A stretch of 64,000 nt of DNA from Centroscyllium fabricii (Eukaryota), in assembly GCA_051313645.2 (NCBI GenBank), contig JBNRSN020000004.1:336784001-336848000 (forward strand), written 5' to 3'. This document shows positions 1 through 12,019 of the stretch, piece by piece. Within the stretch, counting starts at the first letter, position 1; every line of letters starts with the position of its first letter. A program made the translations under genes and the position numbers. The notes beneath the pieces are model-generated. The model was not told the origin of the DNA. It searched no databases and saw only the letters and a list, made by a program, of their open reading frames with translations.

Positions 1-4
1 ATAC

Positions 5-1399
5 GTGCCGGGGTCCCAAATGTATATAGCGGACACGCTGTCCCGGGCCGCAGGCAGGGCACCACAGGACACCACAGCCGAGCAGGAGGTGACCCTGCAA
101 GTTAATATGATTTATGCGGCACTCCCGGCAACACAGGAGCAGCTGCTCCGCATAACCAGGGAGACGGCCAGAGACCCGGTCCTCAAGAAAGTGATAAAAA
201 ACCTGCAAGCCGGCTGGAGAAAAGGTTCCTGCCCCCAATATCAGCAGCTACACACCGAACTCTCGATAATAAATGGGGTGATTTTAAAAGGGGATCGAAT
301 AGTGGTGCCGACCTTGTTGAGGAGGGAGATGCTACAGCGCATCCATGAGGGACACCTGGGAGTGGAAAAATGCAAAAGAAGGGCCAGAGAGGCAGTATAC
401 TGGCCAAAGATGAACGAGGACATTGACTCTATGGTGGGGGAATGCGCTACGTGCACACAGTTCTAGCACAAGCAGCGCAGAGAGCCCCTCTTACAGCCAG
501 AGCTCCCCACCCAGCCATGGGGAAAGGTGGGGGCGGACTTGTTTCACTTTGAGGGAAGAGAGTACCTTCTGCTCATCAATTACTATTCCAACTACCCCGA
601 GATCGCGCTGCTAACAAGCACCACGTCCCGAGGGGTAATCACCCATATGAAGTCCACATTTGCCCGATTAGGCATCCCCCACACAGTGATGTCCGACAAC
701 GGCCCACAATCCGTAAGCTACGAATTCAAAGAATTTGCCACCAGATATGGATTCGAGCACACTACATCCAGCCCGCAATACGCCCAGGTGAATGGAAAGG
801 CAGAGAAGGGGGTGCAAATCGTCAAGCGCCTCCTGACAAAAGCAGCACATAGTGGGGCAGACATATACCTGGCCATGATGGCCTACCGGGCTGCACCCCT
901 AGAGAGTGGGAGGTCCCCAGCAGAGCTACTCATGGGTAGGAAAATCAGAACGCGCCTCCCCAGCCAAGGGACACCGGGGGTCCCAGACGCGCAGTGGGCA
1001 GGAAAGGCCAGGGCACTGCGCGAGAGACAGAAAAGCCATTGCGATAGAGCAGCCGCGCCTCTCACACCCTTACACCCACAGGAGGTAGTGTGGATGAAGG
1101 GACCTACAGCCTGGGACCAGAATGCGATGGTCATGGAGCCAGTGGCGCCCCGATCATATAAAATCATGACGGAGGAGGGGGCCATCTATCGGCGCAACAG
1201 GAGGCACCCACGACAGACCTCAGAGAGATTCGACCTGCAGCGCGAAGTCGAAGAAGAGGGCGACAGCTCGACACCGGGAGAGGGACCCTCGGAGGTAACT
1301 CCCCCACCGGAGACACCCAACGAGACGATGAACAATGAGCAAAGCGGGGGCATGGAGAGTGAACACTTGGGGCCCACCCACTTACAGCCCCCCCACTGA
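5..1399 (+). pseudogene. pol: pol remnant (integrase) with an in-frame stop
   Basis: ORFs 5..466 and 527..1399 share a frame and are separated by TAG at 464-466; IHEGHLG...CATC zinc finger; YRRNRRH C-terminal motif. Confidence 0.88.
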
Positions 1400-1558
1400 G
1401 ACACTCTGAACGAGTCCAGAGGTCAGTCGTCAGAATGAACTTATAGCCAGACGGCCTCCGGACAACGAACATTGAATATTAACAAGCACCCTACACTTCC
1501 ACGGGTAACAGGGAGTGTAGCGGAATTGATAGCAACACAGCGGGTAAAAGGGCGGAGA

Positions 1559-1768
1559 TGTAATGATGTGATACATGCACTGTCAGGGGCTGGTGGACAC
1601 GCTTTACGGCTGTAGTAAAGACACCAGCCCCTGGGTATAAAAGAAAGTCATCTTGAGCACACGGTGAGAGTGCACTGAGCAGGCAACGTGTTGAGACCTA
1701 TTAAAGAACCTGAGTGAATCTCATCTCGTGTGGCTCTCAGTAATTTACTGTACGATAGTAACGTTACA
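1559..1768 (+). repeat. 3' LTR (210 bp)
   Basis: Begins TGTAA right after the PPT, ends TTACA, TATAAAA at about 1636, ATTAAA at about 1700. Confidence 0.8.
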
Positions 1769-2189
1769 CTCAGTATGGGGTGAACGCTTCACCTGGAAGC
1801 ATGGTAAAACCCATCTTTGTAAATAGTGATAATATAGTGGATTAAAGCTTTACTTTAAGTTATTGATGTATCACACTCCTTTATTACATCACACAGTGAT
1901 TATGTTACCAGACTACTAGTGTTACTAGGTCTACATGCTCTGAGTATAACTGTAGCCCTCATTGGGTTTATGTCCAAGCATTCCTGCAGTTAGGCTGAGA
2001 TAGTAATGAATTTATGCAACCATAAGAGTGGGGATTATTCCTTTTATATTAGCACACTTTTCTGTCCACACATCAGTGGCAGCCACGTGGAGTTGTTTAT
2101 CACCACTGGGCCAAGTGTAGCACCGAGAAACAATGTTGAAACTCAGTCTGGCACCTTACTGGAAGGAAGGAAGTCTTTTGTGGTAACAA

Positions 2190-2276
2190 CATAAAACGCT
2201 GGAGAAACTCAGCAGGCCAGGCAGCATCGGTGGAGAGAGAAACAGAGTTAACGTTTCAGGTCGATGACCTTTCGTC
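2190..2276 (-). repeat. Penelope-like terminal-repeat fragment with a degenerate hammerhead core
   Basis: Minus strand reads GGACGA-AAGGTC-ATC-GACCT-GAAA-CGTT; the same repeat recurs at about 3495, 29283, 35768/36592 and 46650. Confidence 0.6.
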
Positions 2277-2520
2277 CTTTTGTGGGGACTGCTTTCCTGA
2301 CCCTGATACTCCTCCATGATGAACAGTCAGAAGGTCCATAACTGGATAATGTGCCTCCACCAGCAATCCTCCTAACATTGGGAAATTTGCCCCATGAGAG
2401 TTTAATCGGAAGAATTTATCATTTCAATTGATTTGTGTGGGACTGTGTGGCTCCTTATTGTACTTATCTTGACAGGTTACATTTTGATGTTTTATTGAAG
2501 ATTAAACTTAAAGGGACAAT

Positions 2521-2680
2521 GGGGATGAAATTGGTCTTCGCCAGTAGTGCAAAATGCGCTCATAGTGAATCGAAAGGCCATTTTAAATTCAATGGAAAAG
2601 ATAACCACGTGCAGTTTAAAATTGGCTCCCATTCACTCGGAACGCATTTCACACAACTGGCAAAGTCCAATTTCATCCCC
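2521..2680. mobile_element. 160-bp MITE, PIF/Harbinger-like
   Basis: Perfect 14-bp TIR GGGGATGAAATTGG / CCAATTTCATCCCC extending imperfectly inward; flanks AAT/AAA. Confidence 0.7.
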
Positions 2681-3492
2681 AAAATGTCTAATTATTTGAA
2701 TAGGTAAATCAACTAATGCCAGGGCACTGTGGTATAACTACCTTGTGATTTACAAAGATTGCCATAACTGCCAGCTTATTATTACAATTAATTTAGCTGG
2801 ATGGAAACTGAGAAGGAATGAGAGATATTGAGATGGCTACATTGGTTTTATGCTCCTGATGAGATAGGTTTCCCTTTACCAGCTTTACCTCATGGTGTTT
2901 CTTTTTGGGGATAGTTTCCTCCTACCAGCCGTTGATCCAATTGCACATGCGCAAGGTACAACTCCTGGAGAACCCTGGCTTCAGAAAGATTTCAGAGAGA
3001 AATTGAATGCAAACCTTTTGATGTGGAACTGCTGCTCCTCTGGAGGATGCAAGTCCTTTGTAAGAGATAGCACTCCAATTGACCATGAAGGCATTCTCGC
3101 TAAGGAATATCAGTTTTACTGGATATCAGAAGGAAGAGCTGTAGATTCATAATAAAAAAAACATACAGACTGCACTTTGTCCCAGGAGTACAGAGTTAAT
3201 GAAATGTTACAGACTTGAGATTCCTGAGGGAAACACTTTGGAACTCTTTACATGAATGTATCGCAGAAAGGGTTTAAACCGAGGCTAGCTTCAGGACACC
3301 CAGACAGCTGATCACCTAATTATAATGGGGATCCTCACCAGGCAGGACGTAGCCAGAGATACATAGATTTTCTGAATCTTCGGGCATGGTGCGGATACCA
3401 GATCCTCAATTAATCTCCGAGCTCCCCATTGTGAAATTTGTTTAGCGTAGACTTCTCATTGAAGGCAAGCCCCTAAACATCTCGAAGGATAG

Positions 3493-3623
3493 CAAAATAC
3501 TGCAGATGCTGGAAATCCGGAATAACAACAGAAAATGCTGGAAAAACTCAGCAGGCCAGGCAGCATCGGTGGAGAGAGAAATATAGAGTCGACGTTTCGG
3601 GTTAGGGCCCTTTGTCAAGACTG
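3493..3623 (-). repeat. Penelope-like terminal-repeat fragment with a mutated hammerhead core
   Basis: Minus strand AGTC-TTGACAA-AGGG..CCC-GAAA-C-GTC-GACT; stem I and the GUC triplet are retained, but the CUGANGA core is mutated. Confidence 0.6.
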
Positions 3624-4004
3624 AAGCCAGGAAATGAAAGAGGTGAGAAGGCCGGGGGGAGCTGGGAGGGAACAAAAGGGAAGAGAAAACAAAAGAGAAG
3701 AGAGAACAAAGAGAAAAGATATTAAGAGGTTTTCAAAATGAGATGAGATGGTGATGGGGTTGGGGACAGAAGACAGCTATAGATTAGATGAGAAATGCAC
3801 TGGCAGAATGGGAGGCAGAGAGATAAAAAAGAGAGAAAACATCTCACTTTATGCAGCAGAGCTGAAATTGGTTGCAAAAGGACATCTTGCAAAGCTGCAA
3901 CTATTACAATGCTTTTTAGCTAGCCAATCCTCATCAGGAAACTGCTTCTTCAAAATTGAGCTGTGCCATTCCGGGGTGATGTCAGGCATCACTTCTTCAT
4001 ACAA

Positions 4005-4240
4005 AGGGCGGTGGAAATCTGGAATTCTCTTCCCCCTGGGTCAACTGAGAATTTCAAAACTGAGATTGGTAGACTTTTGTTAGGCGAGGGACACTAAGGG
4101 GCCGGGGCGGGGCGCTAAATGGATTTGGAACGAAGGCGGGTAGGTGGAGTAATGATACAGATCAACCATGAGCGAATTGAATGACGGAACAGGGTCGAAA
4201 GGCTGAATGGCCTATTCCTGTTCCTGTGTTTCTATGTTTT
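4005..4240 (+). mobile_element. CR1-type LINE 3' fragment
   Basis: Ends GGCTGAATGGCCTATTCCTGTTCC..TTCTATG, the same tail as other CR1 copies in the window. Confidence 0.65.
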
Positions 4241-4370
4241 TTAAGTTTTACCTACAGTATCAGGTAGATGAGGAGAATAATGATGTGTGGAGCTGGAAGA
4301 AAGGGCAGGTCTGAGAAATCACAGTTCTCTCCAAAAGGAAACTGTTGAGTGAGAGCAATGAAAATACTTG

Positions 4371-5150
4371 GGGGGGCGAAGTTCGCCACCTTTGCGCCCA
4401 CCGTTAGTGCCTTCAGGACGCAAAGGGCTTATCATCCGGGCGGGGGCGATAGTAGTGTCTGTCGAGAAATTTGCTACTGAGGCGCTAGCCAATAGCGCCG
4501 TGCCCCAGCCGGTAGAGCCCCGGGCTGCTGCTCCGCTGGCGATGTCATCACCGCCGAGCGATGCGACCCCTTAGCGCACTGCACCCAAAATTTGGCTGTG
4601 CCCTGAGAAGTTGCCACAGGTGATACCAGCGACAGCCTAATGGGTCACGAGCCGGGCAGCACACCACTGGCGGGGCTCTAATTAAGGTGGTGGTCTGGCT
4701 GCGCCCCGTGCCAACGTTCTTTACTTTGGTTGACCTCCAGGTCGGCCCTTCTTGGGGGCCCTTGGCATGGTCCGTGGCCGCCATTGCGTCATCCGGCATC
4801 GCGTTTCAGCACCGGGCTGTGGCCACGGCACCATGCTGCCTTGGTGGGCTAGTGGAGGCCATCAAACGGCCTGCAGAGTGAGCAGCAGCCCTCCACTTTA
4901 ACGGAAGGGGAGGGGGCGCTGAAACGTGTCAGTGCCACACAGAGCGGCCACGTAGCTCTCAGGCGCTACCGCGTTTCGTGCCCCACGCACCAGCCCGAGA
5001 GGAAGTGGAGCGCCCGAGATAGAGTTCTGCTTCCTCGCTGGGTGGTAAGCCCAATTTATCAGCCAGGGCGGGTCTCCCGCCACGGATGCTAATTGTGAGG
5101 CGCTAATTCGGTCGGCGCATCCAAACGGGGCCTAACCAAATTTTGTTCCC
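4371..5150. mobile_element. Non-autonomous PIF/Harbinger-like DNA element
   Basis: 3-bp TSD TTG on both sides and imperfect G-rich TIRs; subterminal sequence matches 11575-11629 in reverse. Confidence 0.55.
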
Positions 5151-5734
5151 TTGGAATTACATTGTTGAGGTAAAATGGATCCACAAAATGTCCTAACTTT
5201 GTGGACACCGAAATATTTGTAGTGTCTCATAAAAGGTCTATTTGACCAGTTAGCAAATCTTACTGGAACTCTGCCCAACCGTGAAAGGAATGATTATATC
5301 AAAGCATATATCACATGAGGAGACTGCTCCAATTTGGGAGGACCTATTGGTATTTGCCTTCCAGAGACAACATATAGACTTCAGAAGTTATAAATCATTT
5401 GGCACGGTAAGTGTCTGTGGAGAATAATGGGCCGGGAAACTGCATTAACTCCTGAACTTGAAGGGCAAAAAGCATGTGAATTATGCAGACCCAATTTACT
5501 GGGGTTTTTTCAATAGACCACTGAGATAAGTTGCGTTTCTTGTTTACGACCTATTGGCTGAATTTATAGGGCCGATTTTTCAAGTTGATGCTGGGGGAGA
5601 AGTATAGTAGGAGTTCAGAGGCAACCTCCTCTGATGATGGCATAGGGACTGCAACTAATGGCACAGCAAATACATATGAAATATAGTTGGCCATGCCACA
5701 TACTTCAGTATGTGTCAATGTTTCAAATCACTGC

Positions 5735-5860
5735 ATCCCCACTTCCTTTGCCCCACCATTGGTGGCTGTACCTTCAGTTGTTTAGGCCCTCAGCTCTGGA
5801 ACTCTGTCCCTAATCCTCTCCACCTCACTGTTCTCCTTTAAGACTGTCCTTAAAACCTAC
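5735..5860 (+). mobile_element. L2-type LINE 3' end, left part; continues at 11633-11777
   Basis: Homologous to 39360-39494; the joined halves reconstruct an L2-like tail ending in (GTT)n. Confidence 0.6.
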
Positions 5861-5954
5861 GGAGGAAAAATTCAGTATTGCCCCGTTTGGGGTGCAATTA
5901 TCAGCCAGGCGCAAAGATTAGCGCCTGGCGCAAATGATCACTTCCGACTGCAAA

Positions 5955-6252
5955 GTCACAGTCTAAGGGTAAGGGGTAAGCCATTTAGGACTGAGATGAG
6001 GAGGAATTTTTTCACCCAGAGAGTGGTGAACTTGTGAAATTCTCTAACACAGAAGACAATTGAGGCCAATTCATTAAATATATCCAAGAAGGAGTCAGAT
6101 ATATTTCTTAAGGCTAAAGGGGTCAAGGGATATGGGGAGAAAGCAGGGACAGGGTACTGAATTTGAATGATCAGCCATGATCCCATTGAATGGCGGAGCA
6201 GGCTCGAGGGGCCGAATGGCCTACTCCTGCTCCTATCTTCTATGTTTTTATG
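5955..6252 (+). mobile_element. CR1 (HER1-type) LINE 3' fragment
   Basis: Encodes HSLRVRGKPFRTEMRRNFFTQRVV (ORF2 C-terminus) plus a 3' UTR; near-identical to 40341-40637. Confidence 0.85.
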
Positions 6253-6580
6253 TAAACTTGGCTTTTATTGTAGTGATAGTTACCCTCTTCCCAGTAGGGG
6301 GCAACAGAGGGTTAACAGGAAGTGAGAGAGATTAAACAAGGCCTCGAGCAATGGCTGAGCAGACACACAATCCTGAGTCTGTCTCAATGTGTTGAACACT
6401 CTACATGGTGTCAGATTTGCGATCTGAACCCACAATAGAACTGAATTCCGCAGTGAAACCAGTCAGCTCCCGGTGAGTGAAAGTTTATGATAGCTGTTTA
6501 AGCCACAACTGAGAAAACCGAAAGAGACAGAGAGAGAGAAAGAAAAAGTGTATTTACCCCATGGTGCTTAGCTTACGATC

Positions 6581-7405
6581 ATGGCCACTCAAAGTCCTGC
6601 ATTCTTTCAGATTTCTCCCCCCTCCCAGTTTGATTTTACGTGGCCGGAAGCGTGGCTGTTGTGGATCAGCAGATTTGAACGTTTCAGACAGGCTTTGGGC
6701 CTCGATAGACAGGCACAGCAAAAACAGGTGAATACCCTATTATATTCTATGGGAGCGGAGGCTGAAGCGATCGTCCAGTGCAGGAATATTATGGCTGATC
6801 AACTGAAAAGCTATGACACAGTTAAAACGGAGTTGTCTAATCATTTTATCCCACGGAGGAATTTGATATTCGAACGCGCAAGATTCCATAGGCGCGGGCA
6901 GGGGAGAGGGGAATCGTGTGATAGCTTCATCAAGGCGCTATATGACCTCATCAAACACTGTGAATATGGAGATATGCGGGATGAACTAATTCGTGACAGA
7001 TTGGTTGTTGGACTAAGGGATCTTAAACTCTCTGGAAAATTGCAGATGGATCCAGACCTCACAGTTGACAAAGCAAAAACACAGGTTTTCCAAAGTGAAA
7101 CAACAAAGAAACAGCAATCAATGCTTCAGAAAGGTAGTAATGAGGAGGAGGAGTCCATTGAAACCATAAGTGCCACCCGACAAGCAGGTCCCCAAAAACA
7201 TTTTTCAACCAAATCAAGACAGACTGACTCACATGAATATGTGCAGAGGCCTCGCACTGGAACTCAAACTGGAACACATTTCCAAGCTCAAAAGCGGAGT
7301 TGCAGATGGTGTGGCCGGAGTACACATAATAGACTAATCTGTCCAGCCAAAGATGTTAGCTGCAGGAATTGTCAGAAAAAGTGGCATTTTGCTGCAGTTT
7401 GCTGA
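6581..7405 (+). CDS. gag: Gag with two CCHC-type zinc knuckles
   Basis: CRWCGRSTHNRLIC and CRNCQKKWHFAAVC; IRDRLVVGL motif; the terminal TGA is in frame with pol. Confidence 0.88.
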   Translation: MATQSPAFFQISPPSQFDFTWPEAWLLWISRFERFRQALGLDRQAQQKQVNTLLYSMGAEAEAIVQCRNIMADQLKSYDTVKTELSNHFIPRRNLIFERARFHRRGQGRGESCDSFIKALYDLIKHCEYGDMRDELIRDRLVVGLRDLKLSGKLQMDPDLTVDKAKTQVFQSETTKKQQSMLQKGSNEEEESIETISATRQAGPQKHFSTKSRQTDSHEYVQRPRTGTQTGTHFQAQKRSCRWCGRSTHNRLICPAKDVSCRNCQKKWHFAAVC

Positions 7406-7522
7406 TCCACACCTGCGGTTGCTGAAATATCAGAGGACGACGACTATGAGATAGCGGTCCTGGGGTCAATTGGAAATGGGCAGGACCAGCCGTGGACCAT
7501 CACCCTAAGCCTGTGTGGCCAC

Positions 7523-10500
7523 ATGACTGAATTCAAAATTGATACAGGGGCTGATGTCACTGTTATCCCGGAGTGCCTCTACAACGACCTAGGTCTAGAG
7601 GCTCTTCAGAGCACCTCTAAGATTCTTCAGGGGCCTGGTCAAATCCCGCTGAATGTCAGAGGAAAATTTTCAGCTACCCTGACCCGTGGTCCATGGTCTA
7701 CAAAGCAGGTTGTGTATGTGGTACAAGGTCTACGGACAGCGCTCCTCGGTCGCCCCGCCATCATTTCGCTGCATCTGGTGTCCTGGTCGGACCCACAAGT
7801 AGCAGAGACAGTATCTACGGATCTTGAATGGGAGGTCAGACAGTGGTTCCCCAGACTGTTTCAAGGCATTGGGCGACTGCAAGAGGAGTATCATATTCGC
7901 CACAAGCCAGAGGCCAAACCTTTTGCTCTCTCAACACCCCGACGTGTCTCACTCCCCCTTATGACCAAAGTTAAGGAGGAACTAACCCACATGGAGCAAC
8001 TGGGGATAATTGCAAGAGTTGAGGATCCCACAGCCTGGTGCTTCAGAATGGTCGTAGTCCCAAAACCCAACGGAAAAATCAGAATCTGTGTAGACCTAAC
8101 AAAACTCAATGAATGTGTCTGTAGAGAGCTGCATCTCTTACCCTGTGTAGAGCACACTCTGGGGCAGCTGAAAGATGCAAAGGTTTTTACAAAGCTTGAT
8201 GCTCAATCTGGTTTCTGGCAAATATCCTTGACAGAGGAGTCAAAATGTCTTACCACGTTCATCACGCCATCTGGACGTTACTGTTTCCACAGACTGCCCT
8301 TTGGAATATCCTCCACCCCTGAGCATTTCCAGCGCCGCATGTCCCGCCTCCTTGAGGGACTTGATGGTGTCTTATGCCAAATGGATGATGTGCTGGTGTT
8401 TGGCACAACCCAAGAACAGCATGATCAGCGACTGTTTGCAATTCTTGGTAGACTACAGCAAGCTGGACGTACTCTCAACTCCAAATGTGAATTTGCCAAA
8501 ACACAGGTGAAATTTATTGGCCAGATCATCGACGGGACCAGTGTCAGAGCAGATCCTGACAAAGTCAAGGCCCTCACACACATGGCTGCGTCAAGAAATG
8601 TATCTGAAATACGCCGCTTCATGGGCCTGGTCAATCACTTGGGCAAATACATACCCCATCTAGCCAATAAAACCAAGCCACTCTGGGATCTCCTCAATAG
8701 GCAGACCTCATGGTATTGGGGACCCCAGCAGTTCCAAGCTTTCACAAAGATAAAGACGGAGCTAACCACCCCGCCAGGCCTTGCACTGTATGACCACAAT
8801 ACACTCACTGAAGTGTCAGCTGATGCCTCATCATTTGGCTTGGGTGCAGTCCTTTTACAAAAGAGACCTGACACTGACTGGCGCCCTGTAGCCTATGCTT
8901 CACGAGCCCTTTCAAAAACAGAGCAGCGCTATGCGCAGATTGAGAAAGAGGCCTTGGCCATTACATGGGCGTGTGAGCGCTATAGAGACTTCCAAATAGG
9001 CATGACATTCCAGGTCGAAACAGATCTCAAGCCCCTACTTACACTATTGGGATCTAAAAACCTGGACGAGTTGTCCCCCCGCATTCAGCGCTTTCGAATG
9101 CGACTCATGCACTTTCACTTCACTATATCACATGTGCCAGGGAAGAGCCTAACAACTGCCGACGTCCTCTCCAGAGCTCCCTACCAGCTGCCGGTGGATG
9201 ATTCCTCTGAGGTGCAGTGCATAGAGAATTATGTACACTCAATACTCACTGCACTGCACATTACCGAGAAATGCCTGGCTGCACTTTGTCACGAACAGGA
9301 AATGGATGAACTACTTCGTCAGGTCTTCACATACTGCTGTGAGGGCTGGCCAGATGATGCAAAACTTGACAACGCTCTTAGACCTTACGCGGCTGTTTCA
9401 GGTGATCTCACTATTGCACAAGGATTGCTACTACAAGGGTGCCGGTTGGTCATTCCAGCATCAATGCAGAAAGACATTCTGGACAAACTGCATGATGGCC
9501 ATCAAGGGATCACAAAATGCAGAGCACAAGCCAGGTGTTCTGTCTGGTGGCCTGGATTAAGCGGTGAACTACAACGTAAAGTACAACAGTGCCCAAGCTG
9601 TGCCCAAATGAGACAACAACCACCAGAGCCATTGATTCCAGATGACACCCCTGAGGGCCCATGGCAGAAGGTTGGGGCTGATCTATTTCATTTGGATAAC
9701 TCAACGTACCTGGTAATGTTTGACTACTTCTCTCAGTTCATTGAAGTTATCAAACTTTCCTCCACCACCTCACATGCAGTCATTGAGTGTATGAAATCCT
9801 GCTTTGCCCGCCTAGGGGTCCCACTGCTGGTCCGAACAGATAACGGCCCCCAATTCGCCTCAGTCACCTTTTGCTCATTTGCCGACAGCTGGGACTTCAC
9901 CCATGTCACATCCAGCCCTCTGTATCCTCAAAGCAATGGGGCTGCCGAGCGCGCTGTCCAGACAGCAAAACATCTTTTTAAAAAGTCACCTGACCCATAC
10001 CGGGCACTCCTTGCATACCGCTCCATACCTCTTTCTAGCGGCTTCAGCCCTGCTGAGTTGCTACAAGGCAGGAAACTTCGCACAACCGTGCCAACTATGC
10101 CATCACTCCTGAGCCCAGGTTGGCCTGACCTCCAGAATTTTACAGACAAGGATAAACAATCTAAACTAAGACAACAGGCCAACTTTAACAGGCGCCACAG
10201 AGCTAAGCCCTTGTGTCCACTCCTTCCAGGTGACTATGTGTGGATACAGGACTCCCGCAAAAGAGGCATTGTGCAAGGACAGGCCAACACCCCAAGATCG
10301 TATCTGGTTGATATCCAGAGCCAGATTGTTCGTAGGAACCGCAGGCACCTCGCACTTACACAGCAGCCCCCAGACGCTGATGAGCCTTCCATTCCCGATG
10401 ATGACAATGGGGATGTGGGTCCTGGAACTCCCCCACCCACAGGGGATACCCCAACTCCATCGGGTTCCAGACAATACCCTGAAAGGGTACGCAAGCCTCC

Positions 10501-10528
10501 TTCATACCTCCAGGACTTTGAAACATGA
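7523..10528 (+). CDS. pol: Pol: protease, RT, RNase H, integrase
   Basis: DTGA protease; RT LPFG...QMDD; RNase H DASS...YAQIEKE; integrase HHCC and D,D,E; Gypsy domain order. Confidence 0.93.
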   Translation: MTEFKIDTGADVTVIPECLYNDLGLEALQSTSKILQGPGQIPLNVRGKFSATLTRGPWSTKQVVYVVQGLRTALLGRPAIISLHLVSWSDPQVAETVSTDLEWEVRQWFPRLFQGIGRLQEEYHIRHKPEAKPFALSTPRRVSLPLMTKVKEELTHMEQLGIIARVEDPTAWCFRMVVVPKPNGKIRICVDLTKLNECVCRELHLLPCVEHTLGQLKDAKVFTKLDAQSGFWQISLTEESKCLTTFITPSGRYCFHRLPFGISSTPEHFQRRMSRLLEGLDGVLCQMDDVLVFGTTQEQHDQRLFAILGRLQQAGRTLNSKCEFAKTQVKFIGQIIDGTSVRADPDKVKALTHMAASRNVSEIRRFMGLVNHLGKYIPHLANKTKPLWDLLNRQTSWYWGPQQFQAFTKIKTELTTPPGLALYDHNTLTEVSADASSFGLGAVLLQKRPDTDWRPVAYASRALSKTEQRYAQIEKEALAITWACERYRDFQIGMTFQVETDLKPLLTLLGSKNLDELSPRIQRFRMRLMHFHFTISHVPGKSLTTADVLSRAPYQLPVDDSSEVQCIENYVHSILTALHITEKCLAALCHEQEMDELLRQVFTYCCEGWPDDAKLDNALRPYAAVSGDLTIAQGLLLQGCRLVIPASMQKDILDKLHDGHQGITKCRAQARCSVWWPGLSGELQRKVQQCPSCAQMRQQPPEPLIPDDTPEGPWQKVGADLFHLDNSTYLVMFDYFSQFIEVIKLSSTTSHAVIECMKSCFARLGVPLLVRTDNGPQFASVTFCSFADSWDFTHVTSSPLYPQSNGAAERAVQTAKHLFKKSPDPYRALLAYRSIPLSSGFSPAELLQGRKLRTTVPTMPSLLSPGWPDLQNFTDKDKQSKLRQQANFNRRHRAKPLCPLLPGDYVWIQDSRKRGIVQGQANTPRSYLVDIQSQIVRRNRRHLALTQQPPDADEPSIPDDDNGDVGPGTPPPTGDTPTPSGSRQYPERVRKPPSYLQDFET

Positions 10529-11632
10529 ATAGCTTAAGAACCAAGACACCTCATAGGGTCAGAATAATACCCGAGGTACTTGGTGGAGGGTTCAGGCAGT
10601 CGCCTTGTCCCTCCAAGCTTACTCTGCTTGTATTATTCATTTTTTAAAACAAAAAAGGAAAGAGAGATGGATTAGAGATGTTATATTTGTTAAGAGTTGT
10701 TCTGATGTTTGTTAGAGTTTGTTATTTCTTAAGCACTGTAAAAAAGTAATGATTTGAAAATGTTAACAGTAAAGGAATAGTTTTCAAAGTATGTTTAGAA
10801 AGGGAGATGTAGTGATAGTTACCCTCTGCCCAGTAGGGGGCAACAGAGGGTTAACAGGAAGTGAGAGAGATTAAACAAGGCTTCGAGCAATGGCTGAGCA
10901 CACACACAATCCTGAGTCTGTCTCAATGTGTTGAACACTCTACATTTATCACACCTGGAGGTGATTGGAGCGCTAAGTCAGGTGCTTCACACCTGTCTTA
11001 AGGCGCAAAGGCCTCAGAGCGAGGCGCTGCCTCAGAGCGCTGGTGAAGCTCATGTGACGTCAGTCAGCAATGGAACACAGACACACTGGCACCGTCCAAT
11101 TCTTAAAGTGGAGGGTTGATCTTGCTCTCCATTCACATCCTACTCATTGCAGCCTTGAATCTCGGCCTGGAGAGACGTGTACATCTAATCTGCTGGGAAA
11201 AATAATGGAGAGACCCAGGGAAAGAGCTGAGAGTGCAGCCCCCGCGTTCTCTTCTAAATTGATACAAGGAAGAGCAAATCAAAATGAACCTGCAAGTGCT
11301 GCTCAGTACCCTTTAAATAGCGCTCCCCTAGTCCCTTCCTAACTGCAAAACTCTCCCCTCAACCTGTCGTTACTAGTGGCAGGCGGTAAGGCAGAGGGCA
11401 TCACTCGATATCCGGTCCGGGGTGCTACCGGGGCGTTGCGCACTCGACTGACGTCACGATCTGCCGGCACAGGAGATCATGGCAGTGATGTTTAGCGCTG
11501 CCGCAAAATGTCTAGTTAATTTCGTGAGCGGCGCAAACATTGCCGCGCCCGAGCGCTAGTTGCTTTGCGCCCCATTAGTGCCCTCTTAAGGCGCTAACGG
11601 GAGGCGCAAACTAGCTGAATTTTTCCCACTAC

Positions 11633-11777
11633 TTCTTTGATCACATTTCTGATCACCTGTCCTAATGTCTCCATCTTTGGCTCATGTCAGTGTTTGTCTG
11701 ATTACATGTCTGTGAAGTGCTTTGAGATGTTTTACTCTGATAAAGGTGCCATATTAATGTAAGTTGTTGTTGTTGTT
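11633..11777 (+). mobile_element. L2-type LINE 3' end, right part
   Basis: Homologous to 40645-40790; ends in (GTT)n. Confidence 0.6.
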
Positions 11778-12019
11778 TGCATATGTAATTTAGACATATT
11801 CCCTTCATAGTGTACCTGACCATCTATCTATTAGCCCACTGGTTTCAGTCAGATTGCTCCAAGCAGAAAACTGTAAGCTGAGGCTGAGCTACTTTATATA
11901 ATTTTGTCTTTTAACCTTTAATAAAGTCTTTCATTCCAATTTGGATTACGAAGTGGCAGAGATAAGAAAGTGGAGAAAATCATTTTCAAGAAATGAACAG
12001 AGACAGTTAGTCCAGCATA

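Larger units (their letters stand above)
1..1768 (+). mobile_element. 3' part of a Ty3/Gypsy (Mag-like) LTR retrotransposon, cut by the window start
   Basis: RNase H end (ADTLSR), integrase HHCC and D,D,E core (GADLF...SDNGPQ...NGKAE), purine tract at about 1546-1558, then an LTR with TGTAA...TTACA termini. Confidence 0.9.
6269..10944 (+). mobile_element. Full-length Ty3/Gypsy (Mag-like) LTR retrotransposon
   Basis: 137-bp LTRs at 6269-6405 and 10808-10944 (3 differences by eye); 5-bp TSD TTTAT; PBS TGGTGTCAGA (tRNA-Leu-like) at 6406; PPT at 10797-10807. Confidence 0.95.
5861..11629. mobile_element. PIF/Harbinger-like non-autonomous element carrying nested CR1 and Gypsy insertions
   Basis: TIR GGAGGAAAAATTCAG / CTGAATTTTTCCCAC; 3-bp TSD TAC (5858-5860, 11630-11632); splits an L2 tail. 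Confidence 0.7.
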
